A stretch of DNA of 64,000 nt from an uncultured Gemmatimonadales bacterium (lineage in GTDB: Bacteria; Gemmatimonadota; Gemmatimonadetes; Gemmatimonadales; GWC2-71-9): assembly GCA_963815515.1 (NCBI GenBank), contig CAWFGP010000003.1:1277513-1341512 (forward strand). The letters run 5' to 3'. The translations under genes were made by a program, and so were the position numbers. Below the pieces are notes generated by a model. That model was not told the origin of the DNA and did no database searches. It saw nothing but the letters and a program-made list of their open reading frames with translations. The stretch's first letter is position 1. Every line of letters starts with the position of its first letter. This document shows positions 29,902 to 37,517 of this stretch, one piece after another.

Positions 29902-31268
29902 ATGCCACGCTTCACGAGCGCATCGTCCAGCGGGCGGTCGCCGGCAAGTACGATCTTCTCCTGGGCGTGGGCGGCGGCTGCACTGCGCTCGGCCTGATTC
30001 TGTTCATCCTTGCGCTCCGCAGCGGGCAGGCGGACCGGGCCTGGCACCTCTTCCACGTGAACTGGCTGTACTTCACGGGACTGGCCGGGGGCAGCGTGGC
30101 GTTCGTGGCCGTGCAGAAGATCACCAACGCCAAGTGGTCGGGGATGATCATCCGGTTCGCGTCGGCATCGGCGGCGTTCCTGCCGGTCTCGCTGGTGGCG
30201 CTGCTGCTCATCTTCACCGCCGGCTACCCGGCGATCTACGGCCCCATGGTGACCGCCGCGCACGAGCTCCAGCACGGCAAGGCGGTCTGGCTCTCGCACG
30301 GATTCATGTTCGCCCGGCTGGCCATCGGCCTCGGCCTGCTCACGGTGATCGGCTGGAAGCTCATCCGGGCCGACCTGGTGCCCGACCTGCTCGCCGTGCG
30401 GGGGGCCGCGCCGGCCAACCGGCGCGCGCTCTACGACCGGTGGACCCGGGGCTACGACGGCAGCGCGGACAGCGAGTTGGCCGTGCAGGAGCGGATCGGC
30501 CGGCTGGCACCGACGTACATCGTGATCTACGCGGCGGTGTTCACGCTGATCGCCTTCGACGGCATCATGGCCCTGCAGCCCCACTGGTTCTCGAACCTGC
30601 TCGGCGGGTTCTACTTCATGGGGTCGTTTCTCGGCGCGCACATGCTGCTCGCGCTGATGATGATGTACGGCAGCACCCATCTCGGCGTCACCGACCTGGT
30701 CTCCCCCAAGCAACGCCACGACCTGGGCAAGCTCTGCTTCGGCTTCACGGTGTTCTGGACCTACCTGATGTGGGCCCAGTTTCTGGTGATCTGGTACGGC
30801 AACCTTCCCGAGGAGACCGGGTTCGTGTTCGCGCGGCTGTGGGGACCCTGGCTGGCGGTGGGCAAGGCGGTGTTCATCGGGATGTTCCTGGTCCCGTTCT
30901 TCGGCCTGCTCGGGGTGGCACCGAAGAAGACGCGCGTCACGCTGGGCTTCTTCGCGGTCGTGAGCCTCATCGCGCTCTGGCTGGAGCGCTACCTGCTCGT
31001 GATGCCGTCGGTGACGTCGCTTCCCGGGCCGCGGTTCGAACTGCCCGAAGCGGGTCCGACGCTGCTCTTCTTCGGGCTGTACCTGCTGACCTATGCGATT
31101 TTCGCCCGCACCTTCCCGATGATCTCGCCTCGCCTGGCCGGGATCACGCTGGAGCGCGAGCGCGGGCACACCAGCGCCCACGTCTCCGCCGAGTTCGACC
31201 ACGAGGAGAGTCTGAAGGATTACGTGTTGCCGGAGTCGATCGAGCGGCGCGAGCGGCCCCGCGGGTAG
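29898..31268 (+). CDS. actF: alternative complex III subunit ActF (second NrfD-like membrane subunit)
   Basis: ATGA overlap with actE. Polytopic, 456 aa. Confidence 0.85.
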   Translation: MNATLHERIVQRAVAGKYDLLLGVGGGCTALGLILFILALRSGQADRAWHLFHVNWLYFTGLAGGSVAFVAVQKITNAKWSGMIIRFASASAAFLPVSLVALLLIFTAGYPAIYGPMVTAAHELQHGKAVWLSHGFMFARLAIGLGLLTVIGWKLIRADLVPDLLAVRGAAPANRRALYDRWTRGYDGSADSELAVQERIGRLAPTYIVIYAAVFTLIAFDGIMALQPHWFSNLLGGFYFMGSFLGAHMLLALMMMYGSTHLGVTDLVSPKQRHDLGKLCFGFTVFWTYLMWAQFLVIWYGNLPEETGFVFARLWGPWLAVGKAVFIGMFLVPFFGLLGVAPKKTRVTLGFFAVVSLIALWLERYLLVMPSVTSLPGPRFELPEAGPTLLFFGLYLLTYAIFARTFPMISPRLAGITLERERGHTSAHVSAEFDHEESLKDYVLPESIERRERPRG

Positions 31269-31287
31269 TTTGGAATGCGGACCGTTC

Positions 31288-31354
31288 GTCACCCTGAGCG
31301 CACGCGAAGGGGGCATGCCTCGAAGCATGCCCCCTTCGCTGCGCTCAGGGTGAC
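31288..31354. repeat. REP-like palindromic element (full copy)
   Basis: GTCACCCTGAGCGCACGCGAAGGGGGCATGC-ctcgaa-GCATGCCCCCTTCGCTGCGCTCAGGGTGAC. This is a near-perfect inverted repeat. Confidence 0.9.
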
Positions 31355-31375
31355 AGCGCCGAGGGCGGCGCTGTC
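31352..31375. terminator. second hairpin between convergent actF and anti-sigma genes
   Basis: GACAGCGCCG-aggg-CGGCGCTGTC: 10-bp stem, 4-nt loop. It overlaps the anti-sigma stop and has no clear T-run. Confidence 0.35.
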
Positions 31376-32426
31376 ACTTGCTGCGCATCTCCGCGTTCAG
31401 ACGCCGGATCATGGCCCGCAGGCTGTCGGTGGGCAGATCGCCGGTGATGGCGAGCATCCGGTCGCCGACCTGCATCGCCATCGCACGATCGGCGTCGGGT
31501 CGAGGCACGGCGGAATCGCCCGGGAGGAAGACGGTGTCGACGTCGGCCATGGCGCGCCGGGAGAGCATCTGGGAGACGTCGGTGGCCGGCCCCTCGATGG
31601 TGCGGATCACCTGCCCGGACGAGAGCTGCTGGGCCACCACCGTTACGGGGCGCGAGTCCCGCTCACCGTTCTGAATCTGAACCTGCACCACGGGAAGGCC
31701 GTCAATGTGCGGCACCCGCTCGCCGGCCTCGGCCTTCGCGCCATCCCACGACATCGTCCGCCACATCCCGTTGAGCTCGAGGGCGCGACGGTCGGGCCGT
31801 TCCAGCTGGGTCAGCTCGAGCGCCGGCTTCGGGTCGAGCACGGACAGCGCCGCCGCGGTTCGCGAGGCGGCAGCGACGGATTCCGCCCGTGCCGCGGCGA
31901 CCGCGGTCTGGCGGGTCGGCCCGGCGGCGCCCGGACGGGCGGCCCGCTCGGGAGCGCGACCGGCAGCCGGTGATGCACCGGCGGCCGGCCGGGGGGCGAT
32001 GAGCCGCGCGGCGGGCGTCACCGAGGTCGATGCGACGGTCCGCTGCGCGGCGGTGGACTCGCGGACCGCCACCGGGTTGATGGGCCGGCCCGTGTCGGAC
32101 GAGCGCAGGAACGAGCTGGCAGTCCACCCCAGGCCGACGGCCGCCACGAGGCTGGCTGCCCAGGCGACGATGCTCAGGCGCCGGCGGCGCTGAGACGCCG
32201 CTTCGACCGCCCGCCGGCGCAACACCTCGAATGCCGGGGGCACGTTGCGCGGGGGCGCGAGGCGGGACAGCAGCGCCGTGGTCCGATCCCTGAGGGCGGC
32301 GATGCCGTCGCGCAGGGCCTGGCAGGACGGGCAGTCGGCGAGATGACTTTCGATCTCGACGCACTGCGTCCGGCTCAGCCCCTGGTCGAGGTAGGCGTGG
32401 AGCTCGTCCTCAGGAATGTGCCGCAT
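31374..32426 (-). CDS. anti-sigma factor (zf-HC2), single-pass membrane protein
   Basis: MRHIPEDELHAYLDQGL..HLADCPSCQ, TM helix IVAWAASLVAAVGLGW, and location downstream of the ECF sigma gene. Confidence 0.8.
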   Translation of the reverse strand: MRHIPEDELHAYLDQGLSRTQCVEIESHLADCPSCQALRDGIAALRDRTTALLSRLAPPRNVPPAFEVLRRRAVEAASQRRRRLSIVAWAASLVAAVGLGWTASSFLRSSDTGRPINPVAVRESTAAQRTVASTSVTPAARLIAPRPAAGASPAAGRAPERAARPGAAGPTRQTAVAAARAESVAAASRTAAALSVLDPKPALELTQLERPDRRALELNGMWRTMSWDGAKAEAGERVPHIDGLPVVQVQIQNGERDSRPVTVVAQQLSSGQVIRTIEGPATDVSQMLSRRAMADVDTVFLPGDSAVPRPDADRAMAMQVGDRMLAITGDLPTDSLRAMIRRLNAEMRSK

Positions 32427-32928
32427 CGGTCCCCGTTCTGACGTTCTGCCTGTCGTGGGCGTCCACCAGGCGGCGGCGCGCGCGGGCCAGCGTCGTTCCC
32501 ACCGCGCCGACGGCCAGGCCCGTCTGGGCGGCAATCTCCGGATAGCTCAGGCCCGCGTCCCACAGCAACAGGATCTCCCGATCCCGCGGGGTGAGCGTGT
32601 TGAGCGCCTCCTGCACCGACTCCACCTGCTCGTCGTGTTCCACCGTGTCGTCCGCGGCCGGGGTGATCGTCGGCTGCGCGATCGGATCGCCCTTGAGGAG
32701 CGTCAGGTGGCGCTTCCGCCGCATCGCGGCGCGCGCCTCATCCCGCGCCAGGTTCGCGGCGACCGCGAAAACCCATGCCCGCGGCTTCTCCGGGCGATGG
32801 GACAGAGCGCGGACAAACACCTCCTGTGCCAGGTCTTCCGCGCGCTCCGCGTCCCACACTTTCCGGTACAGGAAGCGCACGACGGCAGTATAGGTGCTCT
32901 GGTAGAGCTGCTCGAGGTCGTCGGTCAC
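32410..32928 (-). CDS. ECF (sigma-70 family group 4) RNA polymerase sigma factor
   Basis: GTG start. Region 2 DAERAEDLAQEVFVRAL. Region 4 LTPRDREILLLWDAGLSYPEIAAQTGLAVGAVGTTLARARRRL. Confidence 0.88.
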   Translation of the reverse strand: MTDDLEQLYQSTYTAVVRFLYRKVWDAERAEDLAQEVFVRALSHRPEKPRAWVFAVAANLARDEARAAMRRKRHLTLLKGDPIAQPTITPAADDTVEHDEQVESVQEALNTLTPRDREILLLWDAGLSYPEIAAQTGLAVGAVGTTLARARRRLVDAHDRQNVRTGTDAAHS

Positions 32929-33034
32929 CGAACCTCCGTGGGTGTTCCCGGGAGACACGGCTTCCGCGGGACGCCGGGGAGGCCGAATCGCCCTGAAGGA
33001 CGGCCAACCTCCCGATTCTTGCACACTTGCGCAG

Positions 33035-33829
33035 TCAGGAACGTACCGCCGCCCGGCGCCGGCGCGGACCGAAAACGCAGCCTGGGTGGAGTCCCCGATT
33101 CTTGGGCGGCCACTCGAAGCAGAGATCCGGCTTGGCAGTCCGGCCGTCGGCGCGGTGGCGGCCGTGCAGGGTGCAGGCAACGCCGTCAGGGCCCAGGTAC
33201 CCGCACGCGGAGATCATCTCCACCTCCAGCGAGTAGTCACCGGCTCGTTCGATCTTGCAGAGATATGGCGACCGGCGCGAGCGCACAAGCGCTTCCAGCC
33301 GGCGCTGGGCCTTGGTGCACATGATCTCGACCTGGAGATCCCGGCAACAAGCGGCCTTGCGGGTGTTATCGGCCGTGCGGCAGGGCGCGGTTGCACAGGG
33401 ATTGACCCCGGCGGTAGCATCGCCCAGCACGGGCAGGGCTCGGGCGGGAGGCGGGAGGTCCTGGATGGCATTCTGGCAGTCCTCCACCACCACGAACCGG
33501 TCGCCGCCGAGCTGCAGCGGCTGGGGCTCCCGCCGAGACCCGCGTGGTGCCGCGCCCTCGAACCCATGGGCGCGGCAGGTGGCCCGGCCGCCGTCCTCGT
33601 GCAAGTATCGGCACCCGACGTGGAGCACGGCTTCGACGTAGAGATCCCCTTCGCCCTCCCAGAGCTCGAGAAAGTCGATCCGCTCCGTGTGGCCGAGGAG
33701 CCACGTGGCCTCATGGTCGAGGCTGGTGGGACCCTCCTCGAGCTCTCCGATGCGGAGGGTCACCGGGAGGCTCTTGCACTGGGCACCTAGGCTGCGGCAG
33801 GGAGGCACGTGCGGTGGCATCGTGGCCAT
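33035..33829 (-). CDS. Cys-rich protein, possible duplicated YkgJ/UPF0153-type zinc- or iron-chelating domain
   Basis: Two similar modules (..VGCRYLHEDGGRATCRAHG.. and ..SACGYLGPDGVACTLHG..PDLCFEWP) plus CATAPC..AACCRD, recalling the CxxCxxCC family. Assigned from memory of the motif only. Confidence 0.45.
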   Translation of the reverse strand: MATMPPHVPPCRSLGAQCKSLPVTLRIGELEEGPTSLDHEATWLLGHTERIDFLELWEGEGDLYVEAVLHVGCRYLHEDGGRATCRAHGFEGAAPRGSRREPQPLQLGGDRFVVVEDCQNAIQDLPPPARALPVLGDATAGVNPCATAPCRTADNTRKAACCRDLQVEIMCTKAQRRLEALVRSRRSPYLCKIERAGDYSLEVEMISACGYLGPDGVACTLHGRHRADGRTAKPDLCFEWPPKNRGLHPGCVFGPRRRRAAVRS

Positions 33830-33900
33830 AAGCTAATCGGGGTTGTCGGGCGAGAGCGTTCCTACTTCCCTTCGGGGACCATCCCGGTATACTTGGGTTC

Positions 33901-33918
33901 TTGTGAAAGGGTTCACAA
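33901..33918. promoter_or_regulatory. perfect CRP/FNR-type palindrome upstream of the cupredoxin gene
   Basis: TTGTGAA-AGGG-TTCACAA, which equals TGTGA-N6-TCACA. Its centre is about 46 bp upstream of ATG 33956. Confidence 0.55.
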
Positions 33919-33955
33919 GGAGCATGACTACCCTGTTTCGGAGGCGAGAGCGGCG

Positions 33956-34438
33956 ATGCGTGTGACTTCCATGGTGGCGGGGCTGGCCATCGTTTTGGCC
34001 GCCTGTGGCGGCGAGAAGAAGGCTGAAGATCAATCGACCACGACGGCGACCCCCGAACAGCAGCCCTCGGCTGCGCCCGCTGCCGCCCCTGCTGCCGGCG
34101 GCGGTGGTACTCACGATGTGAACATGGTGCTCGACGGCAGCACTTACAAGTTCGATCCCGCCGAGCTCACCATCAAGGCCGGCGACGTGATCAACTTCCA
34201 CAACAAGAGCGGCGGCCCGCACAACGTGTCGTTCTGGGCCGACAGCATCCCGAGCGGCGCGGCGGACGTGCTGAAGGGAAGCATGCCCGACCAGATGGCT
34301 CCGCTCGAGGGCCCGCTGCTCACCGAGCAGGACGCGATCTACAAGGTCAGCTTTGCCGGCGCACCGGCGGGGGACTACAAGTTCTACTGCCTGCCGCACC
34401 TCGCGCTGGGCATGCACGGCAAGATTACGGTCCAGTAG
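33956..34438 (+). CDS. plastocyanin/pseudoazurin-like blue copper lipoprotein
   Basis: Lipobox LAIVLAACGG. Type-1 Cu ligands: GGPHNV (His) and YCLPHLALGMHG (Cys-x2-His-x4-Met). Confidence 0.85.
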   Translation: MRVTSMVAGLAIVLAACGGEKKAEDQSTTTATPEQQPSAAPAAAPAAGGGGTHDVNMVLDGSTYKFDPAELTIKAGDVINFHNKSGGPHNVSFWADSIPSGAADVLKGSMPDQMAPLEGPLLTEQDAIYKVSFAGAPAGDYKFYCLPHLALGMHGKITVQ

Positions 34439-34465
34439 GACGCCGCACCGCTGCTCGTCTCACGA

Positions 34466-34541
34466 GCGCGGGGAAGGGGGCATGCCTTGAGGCATGCCCC
34501 CTTTCGCGGAGTCTACCCTGGGTGAAGCCAGGGCTCAGGGT
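34466..34541. repeat. REP-like element (degenerate copy)
   Basis: GGGAAGGGGGCATGCC-ttga-GGCATGCCCCCTTTC core hairpin, followed by ..GCTCAGGGTGACGC. The right arm contains the stop codon of the PAP2_3 gene. Confidence 0.75.
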
Positions 34542-35443
34542 GACGCTTCGGCCGGTGTCAGTCTGCCGACCGCAAGCGCCACCACGACCCCGACCATAAG
34601 ACCGGCCAGCGCGTCGACCCCGTAGTGCATCTGGCAGTAGACCACACCCACCCCGAGCAGGATCGTCGGCGCCAGCAGGAAGAGCCCCAGGCGGCGCGAG
34701 CCGCTGGCGGCGGCGAGCGCGGCGGCCACGGTGGCCGCGACGTGCGAGCTGGGGAAGGCCGCTCCGTAGGAGCTGCCCTGGGCGAGCGTGTCGTACACCA
34801 GCCGAGCCGCGGCGTTGTCGAGGAACCAGGGCGACGGTCGCGGGAACATGTAGTACGGCCCGGCGACGGGGAAGAAGATGAAGGCGAGGTAGCAGACGAC
34901 GAACGTGGTCATCACCGCCAGCACGAAGCGCCGGGCCGCCGCGACGTCGCCCCGGTAGAGGAAATAGAACGCGGGGATCGACACGACGAAGTAGTAGGAG
35001 AAGTAGGCGGCGTGCAGCACGGTCGACCCGACCGCGCTCGGCGCCGCCCGCCACCACTCGCGGCTCACCTGCGTCCCGAAGACCGCCAGCTCCCAGCGCT
35101 GCACGAGTCCGTCGTGTAACGGGACCCCGCCCGCGTTCAGCACGTCGAGCTGCCCGTAGAGACCCACCAGCAGCAGCAAGGGATAGATCTCGCGCAGGGT
35201 GCGCCCCACGCGTCCGAGCCCCGGCCGTGCGAGCAGGGCGATGAGCACCGCGGTCAGCCCATTCGCCGCCACCACCCACCAGCAGGCCGGCCGCGCGCCC
35301 GCCCGATGAATGGCCACCGCCGACACGATCGCCAGGTATCCCAGCAGGACGATGTCCACCGGCAGCAGCCGGGGCTGGCGGGGCGGGAGACGCACCGGAA
35401 CGCTGGGCTGGACGGCTAGAGCCATCCGGCGGCTCGGTACCAC
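34535..35443 (-). CDS. PAP2_3 (Aur1/inositol-phosphorylceramide-synthase-like) membrane phosphotransferase
   Basis: Polytopic. Motifs AAFPSSHVA and QMHYGVDALAG, resembling the Aur1-type P-S-x-H and H-Y-x-x-D motifs. Last gene of the spt operon. Confidence 0.6.
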   Translation of the reverse strand: MVPSRRMALAVQPSVPVRLPPRQPRLLPVDIVLLGYLAIVSAVAIHRAGARPACWWVVAANGLTAVLIALLARPGLGRVGRTLREIYPLLLLVGLYGQLDVLNAGGVPLHDGLVQRWELAVFGTQVSREWWRAAPSAVGSTVLHAAYFSYYFVVSIPAFYFLYRGDVAAARRFVLAVMTTFVVCYLAFIFFPVAGPYYMFPRPSPWFLDNAAARLVYDTLAQGSSYGAAFPSSHVAATVAAALAAASGSRRLGLFLLAPTILLGVGVVYCQMHYGVDALAGLMVGVVVALAVGRLTPAEASP

Positions 35444-36384
35444 GCGTAGGTCTCCGCCAGCCCGGTCTCGAGATTCCGGCTCGCTCGCCAGCCGGTGTCC
35501 CGGGCCAGCGACTCGGGGTCGCCGGTCCAGGCGGGCTGGAAGAACTCGTTGGCCTTGTCGGCGGTGAGGATGGTGGTCTGGCCCGCGAGGCGCGCGGCAG
35601 CCTCCGTCACCCTCAGCACGCCGCGGCCGATCGCGGCGGGAATCCGGATGACGGCCGGACGTCTGCCCATCGCGCGCCCGACCGCCAGTGCCATCTCCGC
35701 CCCGGTGAACACCTCGGGGTGGCAGGCGTAGTAGGTACGGCCCACCGCGGCGGCGGTCGTGCCGGCGGCCACCAGCGCGTCGGCGAGGTCGGCGCCGTGC
35801 ACCGCGGAGAGCTCCTGCGTGCCGTCGCCGAGTACCGGCGCCACGCCGAGCCGGGCCAGCCGGAACACCTTGAGCACTTCCTGGTCGCGCGGCCCGTAGA
35901 CCATCGAGGGGCGGACGATCGTCCAGGAGAGGCGGCTTCCGGTGATCACGGCCTCAGCAGCGAGCTTGCTACGGCCATACTGCGTGACGGGGTGAGGCGG
36001 CTCGTCGCCGCGAAGGGGGCTGCCTTTGACCGTGGGGCCCGCGGCGGCCATCGACGAGACGAAGACCAGACGGCCCACGCCCGCCTGCTCGGCGGCCTCG
36101 GCGATGTTGCGCGTGCCGTCGCGGTTGGCGGCAAGAAAGTCGACCTCGCTGCGCGCGGCCACCACACCGGCCACGTGATACACCACGTCCTGGCCCTCGA
36201 CCGCCCGCTGCAGCGCGGCGCGGTCGTGGAGGTCGCCGGGCACCACGCGCACGCCGAGCGGCGCGAGGGCCGCCGCCTTGCTGGCCGAGCGCGCCAGCAC
36301 GGTCACCTCGTCCCCCCGGCGGTGCAGGGCCTCGGTGAGATGGCTGCCCACGAAGCCCGTCGCCCCGGTGACCAGCGCCTTCAT
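35416..36384 (-). CDS. NAD(P)-dependent epimerase/dehydratase-family reductase (CerR-like, predicted ceramide reductase)
   Basis: MKALVTGATGFVGSHL and YGRSKLAAE (YxxxK). ATGA overlap with the upstream gene. Confidence 0.6.
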   Translation of the reverse strand: MKALVTGATGFVGSHLTEALHRRGDEVTVLARSASKAAALAPLGVRVVPGDLHDRAALQRAVEGQDVVYHVAGVVAARSEVDFLAANRDGTRNIAEAAEQAGVGRLVFVSSMAAAGPTVKGSPLRGDEPPHPVTQYGRSKLAAEAVITGSRLSWTIVRPSMVYGPRDQEVLKVFRLARLGVAPVLGDGTQELSAVHGADLADALVAAGTTAAAVGRTYYACHPEVFTGAEMALAVGRAMGRRPAVIRIPAAIGRGVLRVTEAAARLAGQTTILTADKANEFFQPAWTGDPESLARDTGWRASRNLETGLAETYAWYRAAGWL

Positions 36385-37517
36385 ATGGGCCGGTCGTAGA
36401 GCCGGTAGGTCTTGTAGACCTTGAAGGTCATCTTCTCGAGCCCGGCGTTCATGGCCGGATTGTCCTCCAGGATCCATCCCGCCTCGCCCCAATAGATCTT
36501 GCGCTCGCCCGACTTGGTCCAGATCCAGTGATACAGCATCGCGTCGACGCCCTTGCCGCGATACTCGGGCAGCACGCCGAGGAGCAGGATGCGGGCGCGC
36601 CGGATCTTCCGGGTCTTGAGGGCCCAGAGGAGCTTGAGGATCATCGGGAACATGCGGCCCGAGCGATTCCGCCGGAAGACGACGTTGAGATCCGGCAGAG
36701 TGATCCCGAACCCGATCACCTTGCCGTCCTTCTCCGCGATCGGCACCAGCTCCGGGATGACCACGGGCTTGAACTGCTCGGCGAGGTGGTCGATCTCGTG
36801 CTCGGTCATGGGCACGAAGCCCCAGTTCTTCTCCCAGGCCGCGTTGTAGAGCTCCTTGATGCGCTCGACCTCGCCCTGGAAGTTCTTCATGTCCAGCGGC
36901 CGGATCGTGATCCCCATGCGCTGCCGGATGAGCTCGGTGCCACGCGCCAGCCGCTCCGGGACCGGGACGTAGCGATCCTCTCGACCGCCCTCGTAGACCC
37001 ACAGGTCCTTGGCCTTCACGAACCCCGCGCGCTCGAGGAGGGTGACGTAGTACCGCGGGTTGTGCGGCATCATGAGCGCGGGCGGAGTGTCGAACCCGTC
37101 GACCAGGAGCCCGCACTCGTCGTTCACGGAAAACGAGGCCGGCCCTCGCAGCACGTCGTGGCCCCTGGTGCGGCCCCAGCCGGCGGCTGCTTCGAGGAGC
37201 TGGTCGGCCACCGCCTGATCGTCGACGCTCTCGAAGAAGCCGAAGAAACCGACCCGGTCCCCATGGGTCTCGTTGTGCAGGCGATTGCTGATGGCGGCGA
37301 TCCGACCCACGACCTCGCCGTCGCGTTCAGCCAGGAAGTACTCGGCCTCGGCGTGCTCGAAAAAGGGATTCCTCTCGCGGGACAGGAGCAGGTCCACGTC
37401 CCGACGCAACGGCGGGACCCAGAGAGGGTCCCGCGCGTGGAGCCGGTAGGGCAGGTCGACGAAGCGCTTGAGATCTCGTCGGTCGCGCGCCGCGCGGATG
37501 CGCAGCCCCTCGGTCAG
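36381..37517 (-). CDS. GNAT-fold acyltransferase (bacterial ceramide synthase-like); start codon uncertain
   Basis: ..LKRFVDLPYRLHARDPLWVPPLRRDV..FFEHAEAEYFLAERDGEVVGRIAAI..LLGVLPEYRGKGVDAML... No ATG/GTG/TTG lies between the spt stop and the conserved N-terminus. A CTG at 37517 would give a CTGA overlap. Confidence 0.55.
   Translation of the reverse strand: MTEGLRIRAARDRRDLKRFVDLPYRLHARDPLWVPPLRRDVDLLLSRERNPFFEHAEAEYFLAERDGEVVGRIAAISNRLHNETHGDRVGFFGFFESVDDQAVADQLLEAAAGWGRTRGHDVLRGPASFSVNDECGLLVDGFDTPPALMMPHNPRYYVTLLERAGFVKAKDLWVYEGGREDRYVPVPERLARGTELIRQRMGITIRPLDMKNFQGEVERIKELYNAAWEKNWGFVPMTEHEIDHLAEQFKPVVIPELVPIAEKDGKVIGFGITLPDLNVVFRRNRSGRMFPMILKLLWALKTRKIRRARILLLGVLPEYRGKGVDAMLYHWIWTKSGERKIYWGEAGWILEDNPAMNAGLEKMTFKVYKTYRLYDRPI

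Noticed and set aside
33924-33965. 13-codon uORF (MTTLFRRRERRCV) overlapping the cupredoxin start, preceded by AAGGAG
   Set aside because: The SD-like hexamer ends 1 nt before the ATG, which is too close for initiation. No conservation evidence is available, so it was left unannotated.
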